Source: a virus. From it: a stretch of 64,000 nt of DNA. The stretch covers positions 1 through 64,000 of the IMG/VR virus record IMGVR_UViG_3300009183_006007. One strand, 5' to 3'. The position numbers and the translations under genes are program-made. Below, in pieces: positions 49,839-60,154 of the stretch; position 1 is the stretch's first letter; each line of letters starts with the position of its first letter. The notes under the pieces are model-generated. The model was not told the DNA's origin. It saw only the letters and a program-made list of their open reading frames with translations, and ran no database searches.

Positions 49839-50546
49839 TTATTTTTTTGCTAAAATCCAACAATTAACAACATTTCTTTCCTCATTTTTAATACCATATT
49901 CTGATAAGTCTTTATAACCTGGCCACTGATGATTTGAAAATAATTTTGTTATATATTCATAATTACCCCATTGACCAACTTCTAAAACTTCAAATCCACA
50001 TGACTTAAATAACATTGTTAAACCTATAGGTGTAAATCCATTAAAATATATAGGCATTGAATGTGGTATATTTATTGTCGGAACACTTGTAAAAACATAT
50101 CCACCTTTAACTAAACTATTATAAATATTTTTAACTGCTATAAATGGATTATATAGATGCTCTAATGTTTGATTAAATAAAAAGAAGTCATACTTTTCAA
50201 TATCATTAATCTCATGTAAATCACCAGAAAAATCAGATGTGTTATATTCAATTAATTTCGAATTAGAATATTTTAATAATTTTATCTCAGGATCATCATC
50301 GTATGTATATGCTAAATTTTCGGAAATTATATTATACTTTTCAATCCAATCTTTGAAGTCTAAAATTGTTCTAACTCTAGTATAATCACGAGTGTCCCAT
50401 TTATAATATGGGTGTGAAAAAATCTCATCTAAAAAATTAATTACATTAGAATCTAAAATATCATATTTTGATAAGTAATTATTATTCTTTTTTACTAAGT
50501 TGTATATTTCTTTAATTTCTTTTTCTGTAAATTTTTTAAATTCCAT
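49839..50546 (-). CDS. Class I SAM methyltransferase-like protein
   Basis: NQTLEHLYNP..LVKGGY. Confidence 0.7.
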   Translation of the reverse strand: MEFKKFTEKEIKEIYNLVKKNNNYLSKYDILDSNVINFLDEIFSHPYYKWDTRDYTRVRTILDFKDWIEKYNIISENLAYTYDDDPEIKLLKYSNSKLIEYNTSDFSGDLHEINDIEKYDFFLFNQTLEHLYNPFIAVKNIYNSLVKGGYVFTSVPTINIPHSMPIYFNGFTPIGLTMLFKSCGFEVLEVGQWGNYEYITKLFSNHQWPGYKDLSEYGIKNEERNVVNCWILAKK

Positions 50547-51360
50547 TATTTATATTTATAATTTTATTATAACAACCATCATAAGAAAAAAAATTGTTAT
50601 ATATTGATTTACCATTTATAATATAATTATCTATTTCAGAATCACTTTTTGACTTTAATATGTCATCAATTTTATCTAATTCACTTTCATGTATTAAAAT
50701 TCCTATATTATTAAATTCAAATTCATTTTCAAATGGTATTAATGGATCATCATAAATATAAACTGGAATACTACCAGATTGTAAGGCCTCACAAATTCTA
50801 AATGATGTTAGTCCATATCCACGAGGACAAAGAGAAAAAACACTTCTAGACATAACATCCTTAAATGTGTTATAATCAACTGAGTCTGAAATAAAAAAAT
50901 CACCTTTTTTAAGATTTTGAAAAATAAAATCTCTTATTTTATGAGTTTTTCTTCCTATAAAAGAAGCAAAGATATTCTTTTCTCTACTCACAACTTCTCC
51001 TTGACAAATCAACGGAATTGCATAAGATTTTTCTTTGTAGTTACCCCAACCACCTTGACAAAATATTAAAATATCTAAATCAGATAAGTCGTTTAATATA
51101 TTATCATCATATTGAACAATTGTAAAATACTTTTTACTCCTATCAAGTCCATTTAATAAATTCTGTAACTCAGAAATATCTCCTTTTCCATAGTCTTTAG
51201 AAATATAATAGTTTGTCCAAAAAATAGGAATATAGATTCTATCTGATAATATATCAGATATTGAGTATTTATCATAAAAATATTCCTCAAATGTTTGATT
51301 ATTACCAGGTGGATAAATTAAAATATTTCTTGGTCTAAGATTCTCACTAATTTCTAACAT
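50536..51360 (-). CDS. Exostosin/GT47-like glycosyltransferase
   Basis: FSLCPRGYGLTSFRICEAL..GSIPV. Confidence 0.85.
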   Translation of the reverse strand: MLEISENLRPRNILIYPPGNNQTFEEYFYDKYSISDILSDRIYIPIFWTNYYISKDYGKGDISELQNLLNGLDRSKKYFTIVQYDDNILNDLSDLDILIFCQGGWGNYKEKSYAIPLICQGEVVSREKNIFASFIGRKTHKIRDFIFQNLKKGDFFISDSVDYNTFKDVMSRSVFSLCPRGYGLTSFRICEALQSGSIPVYIYDDPLIPFENEFEFNNIGILIHESELDKIDDILKSKSDSEIDNYIINGKSIYNNFFSYDGCYNKIININNGI

Positions 51361-51363
51361 AAT

Positions 51364-52083
51364 TTATGACCATTTTTTAACATCCTCAACTATTTCATTG
51401 ATGAAAATATCACTACCTGGTCCACTAGTCACAAAATAACTTGATGAGTGTAATCGGTGTTTATATTCTAAATTAGGAACAACTTCAAATTTTGAACCAT
51501 CTATATTCTTAAATAATAAATAAATAATATAATAAGCATCTGCGGCAAAAGGATCTTTAACTGGTTCTTCCTTTTCAATACATTCTAAATATGTTTCTTT
51601 ATTAAAGAAGTAGTTACCAGTATTAAAAATACAATCCCAAATACTTCTACCAGCAGAAATATTATTTCTATAATCTTCTTTATGTAAGACACCTATATAG
51701 TTTTTATAGTTTAATATTGGTGAATCACATATAGCATGTGATGGACAATAGATAGTTTTAATATCTTTTTTGTCAATTATATTATCTATATAATCAGTGT
51801 CAATTATATTATCAGAATCTAATAGTATAATCCAATCATTACTTGATAAAGTAACAGCCTTTTTTTTATTTAAAAAAGCACCTAGATTACTATCATTCCT
51901 ATATAGTTTAATTTTTGGATTTTTAAGATTATCTATTCTATTTTTTAAATCATTGTATATGTCTATACTAGAGAAGTCATCTACTATAACTATCTCATCT
52001 ATTCTATCATCAGTTAGTACTTTATTAAAGCTCTCTATTACTAATTCTGATCTGTTATAGTTGGTTATCGAAAGTGTTATCAT
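51364..52083 (-). CDS. GT2 glycosyltransferase
   Basis: ITNYNR, IVDDFS, NLG, LLDSD. Confidence 0.85.
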   Translation of the reverse strand: MITLSITNYNRSELVIESFNKVLTDDRIDEIVIVDDFSSIDIYNDLKNRIDNLKNPKIKLYRNDSNLGAFLNKKKAVTLSSNDWIILLDSDNIIDTDYIDNIIDKKDIKTIYCPSHAICDSPILNYKNYIGVLHKEDYRNNISAGRSIWDCIFNTGNYFFNKETYLECIEKEEPVKDPFAADAYYIIYLLFKNIDGSKFEVVPNLEYKHRLHSSSYFVTSGPGSDIFINEIVEDVKKWS

Positions 52084-53005
52084 AATATTTTAATGTTTTT
52101 TTAATTCCATCTTCTATACAGAATTTGTATTCTATTTTACTTTCAGATACTCTATAGTACACCCCTTTTGGTTTATCATTCAAGACTTTTATCTCTGGGT
52201 TGTATCCATATATATTTGAAGCAATTTTAGCTAACTCTGAAAAGGATGTTGCTATTGAAGTTCCTATGTTTAATGATCTACCATCATTTATAGTGTACAT
52301 TGTATTATTAACATACTCAACAATATCATCAATATAAACAAAGTCTCTAATAGAATCACTCCATATTACCAAAGGATCTTCTTTATCTACTATTCTTTTT
52401 ATTATAGCTGGGAAAGGATATGCTGTATTTTGGTCTTCACCATATCCTGAAAATGGCCTATAACTAATAACATTTAGACCAGTATTTTGATGAGCTATTT
52501 TACAAAGATACTCACCTGTCATTTTAGCCCAACCATATGTTAAATCAGGCAATCCTATATTGTTATCATAATCCAATAATGATTCATTTAATTTAATCTT
52601 CTCATCATTATCCATTTGATGTTTAACTGGATAAACAGCGCTTGATGAAAAGAAAACCAATCTATCTACTTTTTTATCAGAACACCATTTTATAACATGT
52701 GAGTCTATAATTAAATCAGTTGCTACATCGAGAGGACTTTCTTCAATTTTTGTTCTACCACCAACAATAGCTGCTAAGTGAATAACAATATCGTATTTAG
52801 TCTCATCTACATTCAAGAATTCAATTATATCTTTTTCAATAAATTTAAAATCACATTTAAGTCTATCTTGCCATTGGTCTGGATATAAAGAACTTTCAGA
52901 TGACATATTATCAACTCCTATTATTATATACTTATCAGAGAAAAATTTACAAAAGTGTCGACCAACAAATCCACAACACCCAGTTATTAACATTTTTTTA
53001 TTCAT
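52055..53005 (-). CDS. NAD-dependent epimerase/dehydratase
   Basis: TGCCGFVG, HLAA, SSSAVY, YGWAK. Confidence 0.9.
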   Translation of the reverse strand: MNKKMLITGCCGFVGRHFCKFFSDKYIIIGVDNMSSESSLYPDQWQDRLKCDFKFIEKDIIEFLNVDETKYDIVIHLAAIVGGRTKIEESPLDVATDLIIDSHVIKWCSDKKVDRLVFFSSSAVYPVKHQMDNDEKIKLNESLLDYDNNIGLPDLTYGWAKMTGEYLCKIAHQNTGLNVISYRPFSGYGEDQNTAYPFPAIIKRIVDKEDPLVIWSDSIRDFVYIDDIVEYVNNTMYTINDGRSLNIGTSIATSFSELAKIASNIYGYNPEIKVLNDKPKGVYYRVSESKIEYKFCIEDGIKKTLKYYDNTFDNQL

Positions 53006-53900
53006 ATATTTTTTTAAATTTTTTAATAAAATTCTGAGCTAGTTGAAAATAAGTACCTTGTTTTTTTAAGTAATCATATCCATCTTGTTGAACCTTTGTA
53101 AATAAATCTAGATTATTTTTGTATAAATTTATATAGTGTTGAACATCTTCAAATGTAGATACATATTTTACTATTCCATTTGTACATTCTTCCGCTGATT
53201 TATTATCACTTAGAACAATACATCCGTAAGCCATTCCCTCAAATACTCTTTCTACAACACAAGAATTTTCAATATTAGGATCACTATGAAAACCTAAACA
53301 AACTCTACTATTTAAGTAAGCTTTTACTTTTTCTTCTTCTGATAAAAATACATCAGATGAGTTGCTATAATATTTAAAGCAGTTATTTAGAGAAGATACC
53401 CAACTTGTTTTATATGGAGCACCAATAAAACAAGAATCATATGTTATATTCTTTTCTAATTTACCAATATCATCTGGATGAATAGAACTAGAAAAAACAA
53501 AGGGTATCCATTCTTTACAATTCATTGAAAATTTATAAGCATCAATATGTTGTTGTGATGATCTTGGTTCATTTCTATAATATTCACCGGTTATTAAATA
53601 TTTCTTAAATGGCATATTCTCTATCATTTTACTTTCAAAATTAAAATGCCAACATATAAAATATGCTTTGTCTAATTTTTTACCTATATCATAAACCACA
53701 TTAATATCACCCATTGTAATAAAATGATTTGATAACAGAAATATATTTTCATCACTGTTATATTGCTCAATATTATTCAAAGTAGTAAGTTCAATAAATT
53801 CATAACCATTTTGTTTAAAACCATTACAAAATTTAGTTGATGTATAATGATGACTACCAGGACAAGGAATTTCAGGAGTATTTAAATTTATTATTTTCAT
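52998..53900 (-). CDS. CgeB/Glyco_trans_1_2-like glycosyltransferase
   Basis: ERVFEGMAYGCIVLSD. Confidence 0.7.
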   Translation of the reverse strand: MKIINLNTPEIPCPGSHHYTSTKFCNGFKQNGYEFIELTTLNNIEQYNSDENIFLLSNHFITMGDINVVYDIGKKLDKAYFICWHFNFESKMIENMPFKKYLITGEYYRNEPRSSQQHIDAYKFSMNCKEWIPFVFSSSIHPDDIGKLEKNITYDSCFIGAPYKTSWVSSLNNCFKYYSNSSDVFLSEEEKVKAYLNSRVCLGFHSDPNIENSCVVERVFEGMAYGCIVLSDNKSAEECTNGIVKYVSTFEDVQHYINLYKNNLDLFTKVQQDGYDYLKKQGTYFQLAQNFIKKFKKIYE

Positions 53901-53902
53901 TT

Positions 53903-54532
53903 TTAAATATTTTTATTTATATAAAGAGCATCACCCCATTCAAATTCAGTCATTGATGTTTCAACTCTTTTGAATCCATAGTTTCCTAAATACTCATCTA
54001 TTTCATTTAATAAAGCACAATCTTTATAAAGTGTGTCTGTATTCACTTCAGTATAGATATATTTAAAGTTACTAATCGTATCACCAAACCCTTTTATAGC
54101 CAACAATTCAGCTCCTTGTATATCAATATTAACGAAATCATATTTAGAAGTATCTATATTATTCTCTTTGAATAAAGTGTCAACTCTTTTTGACATAACT
54201 TCTATTGTCTCAGTAACATAAATATGAGGATGATGTATTTTATGTTTATCCAATTCTAATATTGATGAGGATTGTCCATTATTTGTTACATTTAGACTGA
54301 AAACTTGATTATCTGAATCAGAAATAGCATAGTTAAAAACCATCTCAGAATAGGATCCATCATTTATAAAGTCTATATTTTTATACACATTGGGATTTGC
54401 TTCAATCCAAATTGTATTATTTAATCCTTGTGAGATATAATCCTCTCTTTCTTCCATTAAATGGGCACCAATATGGATTATACCTTTTGGTTTTCCATAT
54501 TTATTTACTATGTCATTAAATTTTATTAGCAT
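53903..54532 (-). CDS. FkbM family methyltransferase
   Basis: HIGAH, WIEAN, SSSIL, IDIQGAEL. Confidence 0.88.
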   Translation of the reverse strand: MLIKFNDIVNKYGKPKGIIHIGAHLMEEREDYISQGLNNTIWIEANPNVYKNIDFINDGSYSEMVFNYAISDSDNQVFSLNVTNNGQSSSILELDKHKIHHPHIYVTETIEVMSKRVDTLFKENNIDTSKYDFVNIDIQGAELLAIKGFGDTISNFKYIYTEVNTDTLYKDCALLNEIDEYLGNYGFKRVETSMTEFEWGDALYINKNI

Positions 54533-54535
54533 ATA

Positions 54536-55180
54536 TTATAATATTTTTCTTAAATCAAATTTTTTTGTATTAAAATTACTATTACTATGTAATCTATGTA
54601 ATACTAGTTCCGAAGGAACATTTATAAACTTTTTACCTTTTCTCATTAGTCTTAACCAGAAATCATAATCTTCAGGATCAATATCTCTCCACCCATTTAT
54701 ATCTAAGGCATCTTGTTTTTTAAATACGACACTACTATTAGCTATCTGATTAAGACCTTTCATTGAAAGATGTTCTATTTGAGTTGGATGAGTTGATAGA
54801 TTTGGTCTACCAATTATATTACCCTCCTCATTAATATAAGATATTAGTGTTCCAACAACATCATATTTATCAAAATATGGAATCTGACTTTCCAATTTAT
54901 TAGACAACCAAATATCATCATCATCTTGAATTGCTACCCAATCATACTTAGCCTCTTCAATCATTTTATTTAGTGTCTTGTATTTACCTTTATCATCACC
55001 AAAATCAAAAACTCTTATTCTCGGATCATTATACCTATAAACAATTCCTTTTGAACTATCTGTAGTTCCATTAAATCCAATTAATAATTCAAAATCTTTA
55101 AATGATTGGTTTAAAACAGATTCAATTGCTAGTGAAATATATTTCTCACCATTATAGGTCGCTAGTAGTATTGATATCAT
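54536..55180 (-). CDS. GT2 glycosyltransferase
   Basis: LLATYNGEKY, QDDDD, EDYDFWLR. Confidence 0.9.
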   Translation of the reverse strand: MISILLATYNGEKYISLAIESVLNQSFKDFELLIGFNGTTDSSKGIVYRYNDPRIRVFDFGDDKGKYKTLNKMIEEAKYDWVAIQDDDDIWLSNKLESQIPYFDKYDVVGTLISYINEEGNIIGRPNLSTHPTQIEHLSMKGLNQIANSSVVFKKQDALDINGWRDIDPEDYDFWLRLMRKGKKFINVPSELVLHRLHSNSNFNTKKFDLRKIL

Positions 55181-55776
55181 TTACTTTTTATTTTTATCAT
55201 AGCTTCTTCCCAAATAGAAGAATTATTCCAATCTCCTTTTTCTTCTGGAAAACAAGTTATTATTTCATCACTCTCAAAATAAACACCAGGTCCAGCAACA
55301 ATATATTTTATATTTTCTTTATTGAATTTACTTTTGGTGATATTTTTAAATTTTTCTATATTTCCTATAGACCCTCTATATAATACAATTAAATCCGTCT
55401 CACTTTTTAATATATCAATAAATCGATTTATTCTTCTATTATATTTTTCCAGATTCATTTCAATGTAATCTTCCCAATTATCGTTAATTACTTTTTCACC
55501 AAACACACCAGTGCCTATATTTTCAAAATCGATTACTTCACTATTGGGATAATCATGTGGATACTCAAAACCATAGTGGTCTATAACTCTTGTTTTCGAA
55601 GAATTCAATCTTAAATTTTTATGAAAGTTAATGAAGTCCTCAGATATACAATCTACTATTCTACTCAAATCACTAACCATCCAATCAAATGGTAGTGATT
55701 TTGTTCTTAAATTCATATTTTTTAGTGCGGAAGATGTTGAACAGTCATTTCCTAATGTTATATAATTATAATCCAT
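55177..55776 (-). CDS. DUF1796 papain-like peptidase family protein
   Basis: LGNDC, SLPFDW, HD, KYNRRINRF. Confidence 0.7.
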   Translation of the reverse strand: MDYNYITLGNDCSTSSALKNMNLRTKSLPFDWMVSDLSRIVDCISEDFINFHKNLRLNSSKTRVIDHYGFEYPHDYPNSEVIDFENIGTGVFGEKVINDNWEDYIEMNLEKYNRRINRFIDILKSETDLIVLYRGSIGNIEKFKNITKSKFNKENIKYIVAGPGVYFESDEIITCFPEEKGDWNNSSIWEEAMIKIKSK

Positions 55777-55777
55777 A

Positions 55778-56467
55778 TTATTCTTCTAATCTTATTTCTG
55801 AGTGATTTTTATCCAACGCTAATAGTCTTCTACCAAATGGACAATCAATCCACCATTCAATACAACAATAAGACGGATCTAAAATTTTAGTTGGTTTATT
55901 ATCAATCATATATCTATTTAAATGACTTTCATCATGCCAAATAGCAATTAAATCCTTTGAGTAGTCTATGTCAATATTATTTGATATATGACTAGCCATT
56001 TTTAAGTATTCATTAGAAGTTCCTCCATTAAATCCACCAGCAAAATATTGCATTTCTTCGTGGTCATAAACACAAGCTAGTGATAAAGGATTAGTTTCTG
56101 GTGTTCCTCTTCTGTCGTAATAACCAGGATGTTGTGTAGCAACTCTTTCACTTAAGATTTCATTTCCGACATACCCTACAAATCTCATATCAGCATCACA
56201 ATAATATAAATAATCCATTTCTGATAATTTATCTGAACTCTCGGTAAATATCTTATATCTACCTAAAGTCATCCAAGGCCATTCTTTATGATTGACATCT
56301 ATTTTAACAATATTTCTACTTGATTGTATATCAATATCTTTATTTGTAAAAATAAAATATGTAACTTCACAATCCTTTAAGAAGAATTCATCAGCACTTG
56401 ATATAAGTGGTTGTAGAAATCGAGTATATTTATTTGTTGCTATTACTAGCAGTCCTACTTTTTTCAT
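55778..56467 (-). CDS. GT6 (ABO-type alpha-1,3-Gal/GalNAc transferase)
   Basis: IATNKY, DADM, YFAGGFNGG, WHDESHLNRY. Confidence 0.92.
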   Translation of the reverse strand: MKKVGLLVIATNKYTRFLQPLISSADEFFLKDCEVTYFIFTNKDIDIQSSRNIVKIDVNHKEWPWMTLGRYKIFTESSDKLSEMDYLYYCDADMRFVGYVGNEILSERVATQHPGYYDRRGTPETNPLSLACVYDHEEMQYFAGGFNGGTSNEYLKMASHISNNIDIDYSKDLIAIWHDESHLNRYMIDNKPTKILDPSYCCIEWWIDCPFGRRLLALDKNHSEIRLEE

Positions 56468-57387
56468 TTAAAAACTTTATTACATTTTATACAAAATACA
56501 GACTTTTGTTTTACAATTACAGAATCTATAACTTTTGTTTTAATAGTTATAGATAATTCACCACCACATTTACAAATCTGAACTTGTGGTACATGTTCTA
56601 ATATCTTATCAATAGTTTTGGTGGCTTCTTTAGTTTTGATGGCTTCTTCATCAGATAAAATTTTATCAATAAACTCTTTACTTAATCCTAAATTAGAAAG
56701 CATATTTTTATCACTCTCTAATGCTATCTTAATATCTTCTATTTTTCTTGATTTTGTTGTTATTTGCTCACTATGTATTCTATAAAATAATAAAAAATCT
56801 TCACATATATAAAATTTAAATTTACCAGAAGTTCTTTTCCATAATTCCCAATCTTCTTTAGGTATTTCACTTGGAATATATTTGTTCTTATTAATGAAAT
56901 TCCTACTATAACAAACAGATGGATGTCCAATTATATTATCAAATTCTAACTTTTCTGAAATGTTTTCACCGTTATATTTAAATTCATCTTGACCCCCCCA
57001 TCCATTAAATTTAATATCACCAATATATTTAAAATTAGAACTAACTATATCATATCCCTCTTTAATTTTAACTAATTGTATATCAAACCTATTTAAATCA
57101 TAACAATCATCTAAGTTAATATTGAATACGCAATCTATATCATCTTCGATACATTTATCAAATAAATAATTCATAGCTTCTGCATGATTTTCTAAATTCT
57201 CTGAGAAAAATTTATAATTACTCCCAAAGTGATTTGAGAAGTTAAAATCATCACCACCATAATTCAAATCATATACAAAATAGTCTTTGTAAGTTTGATT
57301 AACTATCGATTGAATACACTCTTCAATCCATTCGGACTTATAGATTTTATTTATATTTTTATGATATAGTATTACAGCGGATTTCAT
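56464..57387 (-). CDS. GT2-like glycosyltransferase
   Basis: SIVNQT, NLDD, HPSV, EDWELW, YRIH. Confidence 0.75.
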   Translation of the reverse strand: MKSAVILYHKNINKIYKSEWIEECIQSIVNQTYKDYFVYDLNYGGDDFNFSNHFGSNYKFFSENLENHAEAMNYLFDKCIEDDIDCVFNINLDDCYDLNRFDIQLVKIKEGYDIVSSNFKYIGDIKFNGWGGQDEFKYNGENISEKLEFDNIIGHPSVCYSRNFINKNKYIPSEIPKEDWELWKRTSGKFKFYICEDFLLFYRIHSEQITTKSRKIEDIKIALESDKNMLSNLGLSKEFIDKILSDEEAIKTKEATKTIDKILEHVPQVQICKCGGELSITIKTKVIDSVIVKQKSVFCIKCNKVFK

Positions 57388-58115
57388 TGTTTTACACTAA
57401 ATTTTGGTTTTGCAAAAATCTCATCAGCGACAGATTTTTGTAGTGTTGGATCAACAAAGTGATCGTTTTGTTGATGTATTCTATAATAGTAGACCGGATC
57501 AGGATTAAACTTAACTCTTTCAAATCCAGCAATCTCCATTAGTGGTGTCATTATAGCAACATCGTAAGTTATTGTATAGAAATTACCATCTTTATCTTTA
57601 TAACAAGATAACTCAGGATCTTGATTCATTAATTCCTTATAGAGTTTGTATTTGAATGTTCTTATATGAGAGGCCCAATATCCACCAGTTCTTAATTTCT
57701 CAAAGCTTTCTTTTGTGTATGCAATGCAGTGACCAGGTTGACCATTTGGTAAAATATACTGACCATAAGTTAAAAGAGTCTCATCTTGATAAAGATTGTT
57801 AATTATATCTACTGCATCTTTTCTAATTAGAAAATCATCACCATCTAACAAACAGATGATATCTTCATCTTCTAAATTAGATTCAACTATTCCAAAGTGA
57901 ATATTAGGAAGAGCTGTTATTCTTTTTTCATTTCTTCTAATAATAAATCTATCATCTTTCGGTATTCTACTTATAGTACCATCATTTGACTCATCATCAC
58001 AAAAGATTGCAATCCAGTTTTTATTATCTTGTTTAAGAAGTGTATCAGCACATTGTGATATAAAATCTTTAACATTTCTAAATGGAATTATAAATACGAA
58101 TCTATTGTTTTTCAT
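57384..58115 (-). CDS. GT2 glycosyltransferase
   Basis: IPFRN, DDESNDGT, LDGDD. Confidence 0.85.
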   Translation of the reverse strand: MKNNRFVFIIPFRNVKDFISQCADTLLKQDNKNWIAIFCDDESNDGTISRIPKDDRFIIRRNEKRITALPNIHFGIVESNLEDEDIICLLDGDDFLIRKDAVDIINNLYQDETLLTYGQYILPNGQPGHCIAYTKESFEKLRTGGYWASHIRTFKYKLYKELMNQDPELSCYKDKDGNFYTITYDVAIMTPLMEIAGFERVKFNPDPVYYYRIHQQNDHFVDPTLQKSVADEIFAKPKFSVKQ

Positions 58116-58122
58116 TGGTTTT

Positions 58123-60105
58123 TTATATATTTTTTATATCACTCTCCATCATGATTTTTACCAATTCATTAAACTTAACTTTTGGTTTCCATCCTAATTC
58201 CTTTCTGGCTTTAGAAGAGTCTCCTAAAAGAATATCTACTTCTGCTGGTCGATAATATCTACTATCAATCTCTACAAGTACTATTCCTTCTTTAGTAATA
58301 CCTTTCTCTGACTCTCCTTCACCAACCCAGATAATATCCCATCCACATTCTTTTCCAGCTAATTCTATAAACTCTTTAATTGAATGTGTTTCATTTGTTG
58401 AAAGAACATAATCATCTGGTTTGTCTTGTTGCATCATTAACCACATACCATAAACATAATCTTTAGCATATCCCCAATCTCTTTTAGAATAAAGATTTCC
58501 TAATTTAAGAGTTTCAAAATTGGTATACTCTGCATCAAGATTAAGTTTTATTTTAGAAAAGGCTTTTGTTATTTTACGAGTAACAAATGTCTCACCTCTT
58601 CTTTCACCTTCGTGGTTAAAAAGTATTCCGTTACAAACAAACATATTATAAGATTCTCTATAATTCTTTGATATCCAAAGACCATACATCTTAGCACAAC
58701 CATAAGGACTTCTAGGGTGCATTTTAGACTCTTCAGTATATCCCGTTTCAGGCATGTTTTCAGCGATACCTCCATATAACTCTGAGGTAGAAGCTTGATA
58801 AACTTTACAACTTGGACAATGATTTTTAACAGCCTCTAAAATAACTAAAGTTCCTAATCCATCAACTTGACCAGTATAATATGGAATTTCAAAGGAAACT
58901 CTTACATGTGATTGAGCTGCTAAATTATAAATTTCATCAGGTTGTATTTCATTTATAATATTTGAAATAACTAATGGGTCGGTAAGATCACCATAGTGTA
59001 GTTTTAATTTATCAAAAATGTGGTCTATTCTATCAGTATTAAAAGTTGATGTTCTTCTTATGATACCGTGTACTTCATAACCCTTATCTAAGAGTAATTC
59101 AGCTAAATGACTACCGTCCATTCCTGTAATACCTGTAATCAAAGCTATTTTTTTACTTAAATTCATTTTTTCATTTGATTTTTTCAAATTAACATAATCA
59201 TTATATGTCTTTTCTATTCCATCTTTCAAAGATGTTTTATATTCCCAGCCAAGACCTTTCAACTTAGAAACATCTAAAAGTTTTCTTGGTGTACCATCTG
59301 GCATTTCAGTATTGAAGTAAATATCTCCTTCAAAGCCAACTATATTTTTAATACCAACTGCAAGTTCAGCAATTGTAACATCTTGACCAGTTCCAATATT
59401 TACTATTTCAGAGTCATTATAATTTAACATAAGGTGATGACAAGCATCAGCCAAGTCATCAACGTAAAGAAACTCTCTTTTAGGTGTTCCTGTTCCCCAG
59501 ATTTCAACCTTGTCTTTTCCTTCTAACTTAGCTTCGTGAAATTTACGAATCATTGCTGGTAAAACATGAGAGTTATTCAAATCATAATTATCATTTGGAC
59601 CATAAAGATTTGTAGGCATTACAGAGATAAAGTTAGTACCATATTGTTGATTAAATGATTGACACATTTTAATACCAGCAATCTTAGCAATAGCATAAGC
59701 ATCATTTGTTGGTTCTAATAAACCAGTTAATAAATATTCTTCTTTAATTGGTTGTTCTGAAAACTTAGGATAAATACAAGATGATCCTAAGAATAGTAAT
59801 TTTTTAACATTGTAATCTTTTGAGCTTTTGATAATATTTGATTGAATCATAAGATTTTCATAAATAAAATCTCCTTTCATTTCGTTGTTGGCTTTTATAC
59901 CACCTACTTTAGCGGCACAAAGAAAAACATATTCAGGTTTTTCAGATGAAAAAAATGATTGAACGTCTGTCTGATTTAATAGATTTAATTCTTTTCTAGA
60001 TGTTGTTATAATATTTTTATAACCTAACTCTTTAAGTTTTCTAACTATTGATGATCCAACCATACCGTTATGACCAGCAACATATATTTTCGATTCTAAA
60101 TTCAT
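58123..60105 (-). CDS. Fused GDP-L-fucose synthase (Fcl) and GDP-mannose 4,6-dehydratase (Gmd)
   Basis: N half [21 protein letters not shown]; C half [26 protein letters not shown]. Confidence 0.93.
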   Translation of the reverse strand: MNLESKIYVAGHNGMVGSSIVRKLKELGYKNIITTSRKELNLLNQTDVQSFFSSEKPEYVFLCAAKVGGIKANNEMKGDFIYENLMIQSNIIKSSKDYNVKKLLFLGSSCIYPKFSEQPIKEEYLLTGLLEPTNDAYAIAKIAGIKMCQSFNQQYGTNFISVMPTNLYGPNDNYDLNNSHVLPAMIRKFHEAKLEGKDKVEIWGTGTPKREFLYVDDLADACHHLMLNYNDSEIVNIGTGQDVTIAELAVGIKNIVGFEGDIYFNTEMPDGTPRKLLDVSKLKGLGWEYKTSLKDGIEKTYNDYVNLKKSNEKMNLSKKIALITGITGMDGSHLAELLLDKGYEVHGIIRRTSTFNTDRIDHIFDKLKLHYGDLTDPLVISNIINEIQPDEIYNLAAQSHVRVSFEIPYYTGQVDGLGTLVILEAVKNHCPSCKVYQASTSELYGGIAENMPETGYTEESKMHPRSPYGCAKMYGLWISKNYRESYNMFVCNGILFNHEGERRGETFVTRKITKAFSKIKLNLDAEYTNFETLKLGNLYSKRDWGYAKDYVYGMWLMMQQDKPDDYVLSTNETHSIKEFIELAGKECGWDIIWVGEGESEKGITKEGIVLVEIDSRYYRPAEVDILLGDSSKARKELGWKPKVKFNELVKIMMESDIKNI

Positions 60106-60116
60106 ATTTATTATAT

Positions 60117-60152
60117 AAAAAAAAAGAGAGAAGTTAACCTTCTCTCTTTTTT
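60117..60152 (-). terminator. Terminator after clpC, overlapping an AACTT..TATATAA promoter motif for the glycan cluster
   Basis: AAAAAGAGAGAAG-TTAAC-CTTCTCTCTTTTT. Confidence 0.75.
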
Positions 60153-60154
60153 AA

